From NCBI GenBank assembly GCA_002269645.1, contig NIVC01002674.1, positions 1 to 64,000 on the forward strand: 64,000 bases of DNA. The letters run 5' to 3'. The notes under the pieces are model-generated. The model was not told where the DNA came from, ran no database searches, and worked only from the letters and a program-made list of their open reading frames with translations. The position numbers were made by a program, and so were the translations under genes. This DNA comes from Macrostomum lignano. Lineage: Eukaryota. Positions within the stretch are counted from its first letter, which is position 1, and each line of letters opens with the position of its first letter. Of this stretch, positions 11,155 through 24,865 are shown one piece after another.

Positions 11155-12788
11155 GGCTAAACCAGCTGACGGAAGAACCGCGGGCCCAAAGTCCCAAATA
11201 TTCTGGGAAGGAGTTGGAACTGCTGCTCAGTTAATGATTCGACGAACAATTTGCATCCGAGAGCTGCAGCTGCAGGGATGGTTCGCAAAAATTACTGGAT
11301 CTGCGAGTTTAAACCGGAGAGGGGGGACGGAGGGCTCGCCCCTCGGGGGAAAACGCATGCCAAGAGACCAACCCCTCATGCTCTCCAATCCAGCAACCAG
11401 CGATTTTGGCGGAGCAACATTTAAAAAACTTTCTCTCTCTCTCTCTCTCCTATCTCTCCATGGCTGCTACGCCATCCTGCACTGAAGCCTGCAGCATGAG
11501 CCGACTAGTGCAGTGCAGAGTATTTATTTTGAACGAGAGGAGGAAACTTCTCATATCCGTATCCGATCGGCCTTCCCAGCATCTATGCTATAGCTGTATA
11601 GTTCTGCTTCAAGCCATAAAGCCCGAGTCCGCGCCACCAGTTGCACTCTGCGTGCTGAATTATGGATGAAAATTCTCGGTTTCCTGCACTGCTCCCCCTC
11701 TCTCGCTTGACCTAAATTTCACAGCGAAGCACTACTCCTTCCCGGCTTTTTTAACCAGGAAGTAGTTTTTTATGGGAGGAAAAAATCTGTTGCATCTGGG
11801 CAAAAAAGTATGGTTAAATCATTATCTTACCAATTAAACTATTCGATGACTGAGCAGCTAGTCATGAAAACTGATCCCTGGATTAGCAAGCGCACTAGAT
11901 ATATCCAGGGGCCGCCTCTGCCGATGCGGTATGTCGCTGCACGCTGATTCGAAGACTAATGTGACGATTTTTATATAACTGTTAGCTGAGCCCTGCAGAC
12001 GCATACGATAAGGCCGAAAAGTAATTACGGTTAATTATAGATATGCTAGCCTCAGTAAACTATATGATTAGAGTCAAACTGGTGTAAACTGACTGACCAA
12101 CCGACAGTGCCAGCTAGTTTTTGTTACAATACGCGTTGTTTAATGCGTCCTGAAGAAACGCAATTGCGGTCAATGGTTGGAAGATGTGTTTTGTAAGCTG
12201 CATAGTCTCAAGAGACGGGCCGGGGCGAGACTGGAAAGGGGATGTCGGATAGCTTGAGGGGAGAAAGAAGCGAGGAACTGTTAGGATTGGGCGCGACGCA
12301 ATATTGGAGTTTATGGGAAGAGAAAGAGACAGAGTAGAGAGAGGGAGAAACGGAGAAGCTGTATAGATGATGCAGGAGAGTTTGCCTGAGTTGTTGGCAG
12401 GCTACGGACGGGCCTGTGTTGGTGGAGTTTGAGAGGAATTGAAAACTTTGGGGAACTGCTAGATGCGCAAGAAGGATGGATCAGAGAGGGAGAGACAGAG
12501 AGAGCCGTCCATCCACTGGTCCACTTTGTGTCGTTGGTGAACCATTTTACTAACCCTCACCCGCTCCTCTCGTCTCGTTGGTTGAGCTCAGCACACCGGG
12601 AGGGGTGCTTGGCAGCACCAGGCTCTGCAGTCATTGCTAATAAAACTATGCATGGAAAAATTGGACTCTAGAGAGTCGGAGACCTCCATGTGCTGCAACG
12701 GGTGCTTGCGTCTTTAGGGTATGGGGGTATGGTACGACATTGTAGTCCTGCATGATAGCTGCATACACAGGAACCATTGGCCAGGGAT

Positions 12789-12790
<2 letters not shown>

Positions 12791-12876
<86 letters not shown>
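12791..12876. repeat. (AC)n microsatellite
   Basis: Perfect dinucleotide run. Confidence 0.99.
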
Positions 12877-12878
<2 letters not shown>

Positions 12879-13467
12879 ACACCGGGTGAGGTTTGTGCAG
12901 TACGAGCGTATAAGCCCCACTGTTTTAGGCATTTCTAGCTCACACCAATGTTCTTCTGTCCCACACTGGCCCAACTGCACTGTATGCAATGCCCTCCCTC
13001 AACCCTCGCCCTTCCGAAGACTGCAGTCATTGGACTTGAAACCATCAGGCCCCACCAAAGCCTTTCTTGCTTCTCAAATATGCGACTCACCATAATTTCC
13101 TAGCAGCGTCCTTCAGGCTTAGCTCTCCCCATTCTCTCTCTCTCTCTCCGTTCTCTTCCCTTTACTAAGCTCTCTAATTTCTCGTTTTGGGTCGATACAT
13201 GGTATATATGGTAACCCAGAGCCATGGGGGACAGTGTGTGTATTATAGCTGCATGCTTCATGGAGGCAGTCAGTCTCAATGATGCATGCACAAAGCTACA
13301 ATGTATACAGACCATGAGACGGCTAATTTATAAGTCTAGTCCATACCGCCTGAATCTTCTGGTCTCATGTTAAGTCGGCCAAGATATAAACCTGTAAATA
13401 CGCGTGCATGTGTATGAGTAGGGTCGTTGTAGTTCCATTACACCTGATTAGGAACTGCAAGCATCTA

Positions 13468-13840
<373 letters not shown>

Positions 13841-14389
13841 ATTTCTTTCTTAGCTTAGCGATCAGTGCCCGAGCGGTAAGACACTGTATTTAGTTATAAA
13901 AATCCGGAAAGTTATGGCGCATCAGCTGGGCTGGGCCAAGGGTGTCCAGTGGTAGACTCCTAACCTTCCTAACACCTTGACCGTTTGCAGTTTCTTTTTA
14001 GCGCCTAATGCCTAGTACCTAATGCCTAGCGCCTAATCTTAGCCGATCACGGCTATGCTCCCGAGTCTTCACGACTTCAATTATATTCGAGTCTATAACT
14101 CACGACTTCTGAAGCTGCCCTGAGTCTTCACGACTACGATTTTTCCCTAGTGTTTGGTGTCTCAATTTAGTCAGCAGTTTTCCTGAGCTTCCGTCTGCCG
14201 CTGGGCGCAGCTCTCCCCATTTTTTGCTCTCTGTTCCCCTCCGTAATTCCCTCTGCGCTCCTTATTTGCAGCCGCTGGGCAGCAATTGGCCTAGCCTGCT
14301 CTTGGTTCGTTCTCTGTGTAGCGGTCACTATAGTGGCTTCACCATAGCGATATCTGGTTCTGGAATTGGTAATGTGAAAAGCCCCTTTA

Positions 14390-15340
14390 TATATGCTCGT
14401 TTTTCACGCCTTCAAATATCAGGCGCTTTCAAATATATTTTATCTTCACAAAAAATCGCCTATTATTGAGAGCAATCCTTATACTCGATATTTGTTATTT
14501 TGACAGAAAACCCTTTTTGAATCGCATTTTAGAAGAATCGTTTTGCATCATGCAAGGTCATACGGTATCGGTTTTTTATATTTACCTATTTTAAACTCTT
14601 GTCGTTCTGTTGTTAGTCGTTAGTCGTTCGAAAATACCGTAAAAATTCCAGGCGCTCTTTCAAATACCTTACTTATACAAATATCGTCTGACAAAGAGTC
14701 AGAAAAGAGCTTACTGGAGTAGCCAAAATTTACGATGCCATGCGTATACATGCAACAAGGACTTCTAGAATTATAGGTCCTTGTGTACATGTACAGCTAA
14801 AATTATTTACTTTGAACACTGAACATAACAGAGTAGTACTGTCGAGTCCGCTTCTTTTTCCCACCATCACGTCCTTGAATGGTCCCTTATTGGTGGCGCA
14901 TTTACATATACTCGCAGAAAAGTATTGCCTGCAATACTGCTATGCTTTCAATATGACTCATTTTGTCCATTTATTTTTGCAGGAATTTTTGTCCATCGAT
15001 CACCTTTTGTATTATCTATTTGAATCGCCATTAAATCGTTAGACGTTTAAAGCTGGCCTGTTTTGCAGGCTTTCAAATAATATACTTTTACAATAATCAC
15101 CAAATTGAGCAACCCCTATACTCAATATTTTTCATTGACAGAATAATGCTTAATTACCTATTTTAAATCGCATTTTAGATGAACCGTTTTTGCATCAAAG
15201 CCATACGGTAGCTACCTGTTTTTTATAACTCCCTACTTAAATACTTGTCGTTCTTCGTTAGCTAGTCGTTATATGTCGTCCGTTAATACCGCAAAAAACC
15301 TAGACGCTCTTTCAAATACCATATTTAATACAAATTTGTC
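14390..15340. repeat. Diverged ~300-bp direct duplication
   Basis: 14390-14680 and 15040-15340 share ordered blocks (TTTCAAATA, GAGCAA.CC.TATACTC.ATATTT, AATCGCATTTTAGA, CATACGGTA, CTTGTCGTTC, GCGCTCTTTCAAATACC); partial third copy near 15480-15540. Confidence 0.75.
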
Positions 15341-17557
15341 AATATCTGATTAATTACCTATATATATTACCTATACCTATATACTCATATCACTTACGGG
15401 ATCAATTGAATTGCTATACATCAAGTTCATACAATGCTTGTTTTTTTTATTTCCCACTCAAATACTTTTTGCTTTGTTTGTCGTTAAAGCTCGTTAGAAG
15501 CTTCGTCGAAAAATTTAGGCGCTCTTTCAAATACTATATTATTGCAAAACTCGTTTCTTCACTTATGCGGGTAAATCTCAAACACAAAAGTAAAAAATTT
15601 GACAAAAAATAAAAGTTCTGTGGCATGCAAAATAATGCTTTACCTCTGAAGATTAAACAATAATATAATAATTTTTCTTCTTAAAACCACAAGTTGGCCT
15701 GAATTTCAAGAAAGAATGCTGTTTGTTTTTTCGAAGGGTATTCTGACAACGATTAATACCGAAGATAAACAGTTTGTTCATTTAACATACAAAATTGTAG
15801 TTTTTGTTTTTTTAGAGTTAAATTTCTATTGGTTTGTAGTATACACAAAATATTCTTTGTTTTTAAGCAACATTTTGTTATAAATTGAGGCTGTTTATAG
15901 TTACTTAATTTAACGTGCTAAGAATCTGCCTTATTTAATATAAACGGAATATACGGTACCTAAACCATTTTTTATATATATATCGACAACATATCCCGTT
16001 GATGGACTGATAATGAACGGAGTTTATTATTGATGGCAATGAAACGATGCCAATTGGGTTATTTATTTTTACTAAAATTTAATATGGCGAAACCTACAAA
16101 TTCTGTAATATTCAGACTGACACCGATGGATCATGGATCTAGTATTCAACTTGAACATATTTTAATTAAGTAAATGTATTGAATTTTCTTTAAATTACAC
16201 GTTTGTCTCTTTAATTCAACTGAATCAACTTTTGCAGCAATCAAATTGCAAGCCATACCACAAAAATAACACCAATACTTTCCCTTAATTTCTTGACAAA
16301 GAACTCGAAGCTGCTGTTCTCTCATACTGCTAAAAAGCTAGAAGTTAAAAAATATACTTATACATTTTACTTTTGAAGTTTTGACTAAGGTTTCCATCAC
16401 TGATCAAATATATCGTCTGTAGAATGTAGATGTTTGTTTGTAAATTAAAGCAAAACAAAAAATTGCATGTATATTTCCCATTTCTACTTTAAAATGTGCA
16501 AGAAAAAACAGACTGAAACAGATACTTGAACTGCACTGGACTTATATAAAGAAGTGCAGACCATAAAAATGCAATGAAATTAAAAGCTTACAGTTACTGG
16601 CACTAGGAAAATGTACAACAGTAAATAAAAGCCAAAAAGATACTGGCAAAAAGAAAAAAACAGAAAACTTACAGACTGAAAAATACTATACAAAGCAGAT
16701 ATGGCACTGAAAACTAAGAAAAATGTAAATGGCAAATGGCAAATGTTAAACTGGGAACTAAAACATATATATATGCTGAGAGAAAGGTAATACAGTATGC
16801 TAAGAGAAAGCAACAGATGTACAGGCCAGGATAAGATGCAACTGACAGTACAAATACAGTATATAGGATTTCAAACTCTTACATAGATGTGTTAGTTTTT
16901 ATGCCCAACACTGTAACTACACAGTGCACATGTGAAACAATGTGCATGTGTGGCATTTGGCATTGGCCCAGCCCAGCAATTCTTTCTACCCTCATGACTA
17001 CTATGCCACCATGGCCAACACTCCCTTCTTGCACTGTACTATAGAGATACATATAAATATATTCTATTATCATGCAATATCCACTTTTATTCCAGACAAG
17101 AAATGAATTTTGAAGTAAATTTGTGTATTGTAGAAAATAGAAACCATATAAGAATGAGGTATTATCATCTTAATGTTATCTGGTATCAATTTAAAGAAAA
17201 TAACTGTAGAAATTTTAGGAATGTCTACATTGAAAATTGCCAAAATTTACAAATAGACAGATAGACTCTCACTTTGTATTTTTGTAAATGAATACCAAGA
17301 TAGCAGAGTACAATTGAAAATGACTAAATAGAAATAATAGATATGGCATTCAAATTGCAAGGTAAACATATACTGCTACACACAGATATTGAGATACAAA
17401 TACAAATAGAAGTAGATAGATTGTGCTTCCTAATTATGAGTAAAAAGGCTTTCTAAGGTGTCATTAAATACAATAAAAGTATGCAATACCAGGATTCTTT
17501 TTGCTTTCTCCTAACCATGCAATCTGTTTCTAAGGGTTCCTGTTCCTGCCATACCTA

Positions 17558-18001
17558 TTGTCTTTTGCTAGCCCAAATAGGCATTCAAATATGATAACAT
17601 TGGAGGAATATATTAAATACATTGGCAAAAACAAATTAGAATATTTCTATGGATTACCAAACATTAGAGCTCAAAATATACACATAAGATCAAAATTGAA
17701 TATCATTACAAGCGAATTCATCAAAGATTTTCATACAAAAATAAACAAACTGCTTACTTAAGTATGTTGGTTGGCTATAAATGGTAAAAACCCATATAAT
17801 GAACTTAATAAGGTCTATACTTCTTTAGTAAAATCACAAGAACATGCAATAAAAAACTACTCTTTGTTTAGTATTTTTCTAAATAATAACAAGTTTTGGG
17901 AACATTTACATGCTTATGAGCTGAGTAAACTTACACCTTACAGGAAATTTTGTGCTCATAAAAAAAGTCAAAATGTAACATCAATAGGCATAAGTAAGTA
18001 A
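17558..18001 (+). pseudogene. Decayed reading frame (~148 codons, one in-frame TAA), product unknown
   Basis: ORFs 17558-17761 and 17771-18001 are in the same frame, separated by one TAA (LLT*VCWL); ends at a GTAAGT donor-like motif. Confidence 0.3.
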
Positions 18002-18857
18002 CAATGCATTGACAGTCGCAGATAAAACAAAATAACAATATTTAAAATGTCTCTGAAAGAATGAATCACTAAAGATCAAAATGTTTGGCGTTGTTTATCA
18101 GAAAACCTACACCTTACAGGAATTTTTCAACAGTAGACAAGTGTCATGCAATTAAGACAGGGCTAAATAAGTTCATAAATATTGAAAACACAGCCGTAAA
18201 ATATCCACAAGCTCACAGATAAAGGTTTTCCCTTATATTTTCAGTCATTGTCCCATAGACAAAAATAGTACACGTACACAAAAGAGCGTTATGAAACAAA
18301 AAAACGTACTTAAAGTACAAGTCAGAAAAATACGTTTTCAGTCGCTATCGCCACGATAAAAGCATAAGCTCTGGCTAAAAGTTTAAAGACACATTTTTCA
18401 ATCAGTTTTTTATAAATAAAAGTTCAATTTATGTACAAATACTTCTGGTTTAACAATTAAATTCATGCTGAAAGAAAAAATTTGTTTATAACTTACGTAT
18501 ATTTCAATTTGAGATTTACCCATGCATATAACTAGGTTTTCCTTCTATTTTTGAATTTTTATTACACTGACGTGTACTGGCCAAACAGGCTTCCTGCCTC
18601 AGCCAACTTACTTACTACTACTATCGTAACTCCTGTTCGTCATCATCATATAAAAATAATCAACCTTTTGAATAAATATCAAATACATAGAATCATATTG
18701 GCAAAACAGGCTCTGCCTGAGCCAAACTTACTACTAGTCACTACTTCTAGGCCCCTACTACTAGGCCTACTAAACATTAAAATGAAATTTTAATTTTACT
18801 ACTACATTGAGCATTGACAACAATAATGATGATGAAATGTAGTTATAATATCTGGAT

Positions 18858-19817
18858 GGCAGTGCTTATTTAGCCGGCACCGGCCGAATAAGTTCGCTAC
18901 TATTTAGCCGGCACCGGTCAAATAACCTCGTCACTATTTAGCCCGCAGTCCTGCCCCACTGCCGGTCAAATAAGCCCGTCACTATTTAGCCGGCAGTCCT
19001 GCCCCACTGCCAGTCAAATAAGCCCGTCACTATTTAGCCGGCAGTCCTGGCCCCCAATGGCCACGCTGGTCAAAATACATTTAATACATTTTATAGCTGC
19101 ACTGCTTGTCATGAAAGTATACTTAGCAACATTGAAAAGTCCCCACCCTTTGCCCCAGTGAGTATATAGTGTCTTTTCCAATTTTAATATTAATGCTTGA
19201 AAACAACAATAAAAACCGGGCGGAAGCTTCAATCTTCGCCCGAGGGCCGGTTAGAAACAAGTGAACTTAAATTCCTTGACATGCACATGTAGCTACTAGC
19301 CTTTAGTCATATAGCCTAGGCAAGCAGAGCAAACGACGGCGCATAAACTCATCAAAGGCCTTATTTTACTCCAATACTTTTATATATATATCATATATAA
19401 CACGTAGTGCAGTGGATAGATGTGGGAGGTACAGAATTAGATACATGTAGGAGGTGGAGCTATAAACCTGAAAATCGGAGACAGACACCCACCTAGTTGT
19501 GGGCCCTGGCCATACTGTACATGTATACTGTTTGTAGCATATGAGAGGGCAAGGATCGCTTGGATGAATGGGTTATAGCTTATTAATTTGACCGCGGCAG
19601 TGGGGTAGGACTGCTGGCTAAATAGTGACGGGCTTATTTGACCGGCAGTAGGACTGGGGTAGGACTGCCAGCTAAATAGTGACACGCTTATTTGACCGGC
19701 AATGGGGCAGGACTGCTGGCTAAATAGTGACGCACTTATTTGACCGGCAATGGGGCAGGACTGCCGGCTAAATAGTGACCCGCTTATTTGACCGGTGCCG
19801 GCTAAATAAGCACTGCC
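18858..19817. mobile_element. Non-autonomous MULE/foldback element with ~40-bp tandem subrepeats in its arms
   Basis: TIR GGCAGTGCTTATTTAGCCGGCACCGG at both ends; subrepeat TCACTATTTAGCCGGCAGTCCTGCCCCA.TGCCGGTCAAATAAGCCCG inverted between arms; exact 9-bp TSD TATCTGGAT at 18849-18857 and 19818-19826. Confidence 0.92.
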
Positions 19818-20660
19818 TATCTGGATAGGCCTACTGATTGTTTTGACACCCAGACCAGACCCAACACAATATTAGGGCATTAAGGCCTATAAGACACGAG
19901 ACTTAGTTCCAAGAAGCCCTAGCATCAAGCAAGTTAGAATAAAAATTCTAACTAATAATTGTTTGATTATCAAAATTTACAAGAAAATGTTGCTTCTAAT
20001 TCTATGCCCATTGCCCAGCCCAGTCTAGTTTATAGGCTAAGCATAGTTGAAAAAAGCATATGCAACCGGCGGCCAGGCGGCCAGACTACGCGACTGGCAG
20101 CACCAGTGCAGCCGCACTGAAAACCCCCCCCCACCAACCTCTGTCTAGCTGAGCTGAGGTGGGGTGGTGGTGCACCGCGCTAGCCGGCTCGCTAAGCCAA
20201 GGCTGGGGGGGGGGGGTTGGCATAGCCAATCTCGCCATGCCACATGTGCGCACCTCCCTAAGCCCCTCAATAATCTTGCGCTGTTCTCACTTGTATAAAT
20301 ATACGCGTAATGCAGTGCAACATCTTTGTTGCCATTCCATCTATTGAAACTAAAAGACCTTCCACCTCATAGGTCTATATCTAAGGTATTTACTAGGTCT
20401 ATGTAGGTGGCTACTAGGCCTAGCTAAGGTGTCAAGACTTAAGTTAAACTGCAAAGTCATGTCTATATGTCACATTGTCACATTATTTTGAATTTAGTCA
20501 TTAGGCCTTGCCTAATTACATCAAGGACTTACATCAAAGATCAAGGCCTATATGGCTAGGGCCTAGCCGCCTAGGACTATTCATGTTATATTATTTAGGC
20601 CTATACAAATGCTGTCAAATGGTATCTTAGTAGCCTAGATAAATAGCATAAGTATATATA

Positions 20661-20673
20661 GGCATAACTATAT

Positions 20674-20725
<52 letters not shown>
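20661..20725. repeat. (TA)n microsatellite
   Basis: Direct observation. Confidence 0.95.
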
Positions 20726-20728
<3 letters not shown>

Positions 20729-23700
20729 CCTAGGCCTATATGCCAATGCCAGTTATGCCTGACTTGACTATTAATAGGCCTAATAGGTCATATATAGCTT
20801 ATCCTCATAGCAGACAGCCCAGGCTCCTAGGCTATCTATCTACATGTTATATAATATTTAATAGGCCCTATAATAATATTATAGCCTTGACTTTATACTA
20901 TCTATATGGTAGGCCTAATTTAATATTTTGGCCTATCTAACAAAATTTATAAAACAACTAAACATTTGACTAGGCCCCTAGTTTTTATGTGCAATGCCAG
21001 AGTATGCATATGCATCCTTAATTTGAAATTGAAACTTTAAAATTTCCAAGTAGATATAGTTTAGAAATATGATCTCAAACTATTTTTAAGCATCATTTGC
21101 ATTGCCTTAAAATAAGTGTAAAAACAGGAGAAATTGCATTTTGTGCCTTAAAATTATGCTTTAAAATTGGGCATAGGGTGTGATTTTGCACTTTGTCTTA
21201 GGAAAAGAATGAAACCTAAATGTTTAGAGTAATTAAGTAACATTAAGCAGTAAATCATAATTTATATATTACATAGACTCTATTTATTAAATAAAAGAGG
21301 CCTAAAACTAAAGGGTCTTAATAGGTTTAGATTTAATCTTGACAAAAGTAAATATATTAAAAATGATAAAATTGTAAAAGTTTTTAGGTTATAGCATAAA
21401 TTAAAAAAAATTTGACTCATGACACAATGCCAAAAATCATATGATATTATTTCAATATTTTTTGCTAGGCCCCTAGCCATTTATGCGAATCTATTTTTAT
21501 ATATCAATTTATATATTAGACATTTATACTAAAGCTAGGCCCTAATTTTTTTTATAGATTTATATAAGAGATTTTGAATATAAATATAACAAAATAGACT
21601 TTGGGATTATGCTTTCAATTAAGATTAATTTAATAAAACAAATGTTAGGGGCCTAATCTAGCTAGCATTGGAAATTAGCCTTAGGCCTATAATATATTAA
21701 GTATATAGGTTATTATATTTATTATAATAATATAAGTTGGACATTAGTTGAAAGTGTTTTTCATGGCTTATTTATTTACTTTTTATAATTAGAGATACAT
21801 CAATTAAAATATAATCTATACCTATAAAAATATAAATGTGAACTGAGAGTTGGCTTTCTGCCATGAAATACTAGCAGATATAACCAATCCACTTTGTGTC
21901 TCTGTCTATTTATATATAAATTTATTTACTATAGACTCCCAAACCACTCCATCAAATTATACAAAATTTTGTACCTACCCTAAACTCACTATGGATAATG
22001 TTTTAATCTACTTTAAAGTTTCCTAAATCTAAGTCTTCCAATCTAAAAATCCTATCTAAAAATGCAAAAAACTGCTTAAATATGTGATTTTTTATTAAAT
22101 CCTCTATAGTACCACTACACATCTACCAATCTGGGTTTTTTATGCAAATAGGTGCAAATAGCATCCTGGTCTTAAAAATTGCACGTTGAAATGTGACTTA
22201 GGTTGCAAAAAGTGCACCAGAGTTTATTGCAAGGATATGATGCGGATTTCACAATTTAGTATTATGGATGTCTTAAGTTCGTAACTTTGTATTCTTAGAA
22301 TTAGCTAATAATTTTTTGAATCCTTAATTAATGTAATTTAAGGAATTGTCAACTTGGATGGTTTAGACAGACAGAAACTTTGAAATACACTATTAGTGTT
22401 AGACCAGTTTCTGTCTGCAGCAGTGCAGCATATCCTGGTCTTAAAAATTGCACCCTGAAATCTAGCACAGGGTGCGAAATCGCACCTAAGTTATGGACAA
22501 AAAAAACCCAGCTACCAATCCTCTTCAAATTTAATAAAAACTATCTTTACCTATCATGTAACACTTTTATAAAATTTTGAATCTTAAAGTTAAAGTTTAA
22601 CTTGAAGTTAAAGTTTAAATTTTATTGCCATTAAAGTTAATGGCATTGTGCAATTTTAAAATAGTCTGTTTTAGCATAGTAGACAAGTTTTGGTCTTAGT
22701 CTTGGTCTTCTTTGGTTTAGGCTACTGTTTTTATCTACATTAGTATTTAATATTCTAGTGGATTATCTCTCTGGTAGGTTGCTGCTACCAGGCTTCCTGA
22801 TTTCTCTAATCCTCTAGTCCTAGTCCTTTCTCTAATCCTCTAATTCTCTAGTAGTTTAGCAATCAAAGGAACAATACAAAAAACCAAAAATAACAAATTT
22901 TATTATTCCAAGATATAAAGTAGAAAAGAAAATTATTAAGCATATAATTCTTCTTTACAATAGCTATCCCTTAGTTGTGCATTGTTGGTTAGGCATAGAT
23001 TACCTTATGGTGCACTGTCTTTCCATAGACTACCTTAAAACAGTTTTATGTATCTTGTTCCTACCCCTGGTCTTACCTGGTCTTAACTCTGTAACTAAAT
23101 CAGAATAAGAACTATAAACATATGAAATTTGTCTGCTTTTTCTATTTTTTTGTGTAGCTCACTTGCTTATTCCCCTTGATCAAGGGTTAAAACAATAGGG
23201 CTAAGTATATATTGCAAATGTACAGAGTTATAGAATAAATTTATTATAGCCTTCTCTAGACTCTATACCCTTATGGAGAGGCTACATTTAGTCATGACAG
23301 TTAAGTGAGAAATTCTAACCATTGTCCTCTATATTGGCAACCCTGCAGTAGTTTACTAATAAATGGAAAATTATGGCAAAATGGCATGGTTTTTGTAAAA
23401 CTAAAGGCAAAAAATTAAAGAAAGTGATTGCAATAAAATCCTACTACATTAGTTACACCAAAATTTTAATACTAAGTTTCACTTAAAGGTACTTTAAAAT
23501 TTAGGTGTCTCTAAAAATGTATATTTCCTTAATGTTAAATTGCTACAAACTGCAGTGGAGCTAGAGATAAAAAAATCCTCTCAAGGCTAAAAATTGGCTA
23601 AAAAGATGATGTGATCAAAGTAGTCAGCAAATGGCTGATAGAATGAAACAACCATGAGAGTACTATATCCCACAAACTGGCTTTCAGACTTTTACCTTGA

Positions 23701-24865
23701 AGGCTAGATGAAAAATCTTGCTCATGGTTATGGACCAGATGAGACTAGAAAAGAGAGAGAATAAACAATTAGCAAAGAGAGGAATGACAAGAGGAAATAA
23801 GAGAAAAGATAGAAGATATAAGAAGAGAAGAGAGGAGTGAGAATAAAGATAGGGACAGGACAACCTGAGAAAAGTGAAGTAAGTGGGAGAAGGGAGAGAG
23901 AAGGGGTAAAGATAATTAAGAGGACAAGGGAAAGAAAAAAGAAGGAAGAGATGAGGAGAAAAGAGGGGAAGCAAAGGAGACAAGACTTAATTCTTAATTA
24001 AAAAATTTAAGAATGCATACCAATAATAGTCTCAGGGATTGGAATTCAGTGGGTTCCAAATCAGTGGGTTTCAATAGCTTGTGCCTTTCTATAGCTTGCA
24101 AGAGTGGCCTGTTAAATCAGATAACTTTTCAAAACAAAAAATGAGGAAAATTGGATGCTTAACCCTTGAATATTGGGGAAAACAATTGTTTGTTTATTAT
24201 ATCCGGCCTCTGAGTTGATTTATGCTAACAATGCTTTATTTATTTATATTAAAAAGATAAAAATTTTAAATGGCAAACTTTTACAAATTATCTGATCTGA
24301 TCTTCAGTTGTGCAGTTGCCTTCTATATCATAGTCTTGTAATGACATGTCAGAATGTATGTTAATTCACACCCAATCCTAAGTCACAGACTGTACATACT
24401 GGACAGTCAGTAAGTTAGGGTTGCTGTACACCCTATGTAAGCATGTCTGCATGTCTGCATATAGTACTGGTATGCTTATATGTGCTCAGAAGTCAGGGTT
24501 TGAAATGCCTCTGTGCTAGTGGGACAATATTTCATAGTAGTGTTTCTTTAGGCCCCTCTAGAATAACTAGATGGGCCACTAAGGCATATATACTTAGTAA
24601 AATAGCTTTCTACTCTCAGTTCAGTAGCAATGAAAAATACATAAGCTATTTTATAAGAGTAAAGGCAGCTGAAAATCCTGAGATGACATAAATAAGTTTA
24701 GAAGCGAAGCTTGCAGACAAAATTGATTGACAATGTACATTGGCCACTGAAATGTACAAGACAGATTTAGACTAGAACAACCGAGGAAGTGATGTGTTCC
24801 TTACTACGAAGACCTTTTTAGTAATCAAGGAACTATCACTTCTAGCTCTTGCTAGGCAACCCAGT

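Larger units (their letters stand above)
15600..24400. other. AT-rich, CpG-depleted gene-free block, probably old decayed transposon material
   Basis: Marked AT excess; only a handful of CG dinucleotides by eye between 20340 and 24300; many AGGCCT/TAGGCCTA motifs at 18750-21700; no intact gene. Confidence 0.7.

Noticed and set aside
8470-11485. + strand poly-Leu ORFs
   Set aside because: Antisense shadows of the CAG-rich KIAA0513 exons.
16160-17075. Short - strand frames with Cys/His motifs (KYWCYFCG; HAHCFTCALC)
   Set aside because: Too short, and TG/CA-rich decayed DNA inflates Cys and His; cannot support a zinc-finger gene.
15600-24400. NUMT, viral or bacterial insertion as the source of the AT-rich block
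   Set aside because: No mitochondrial, viral or bacterial genes or long ORFs are recognisable.
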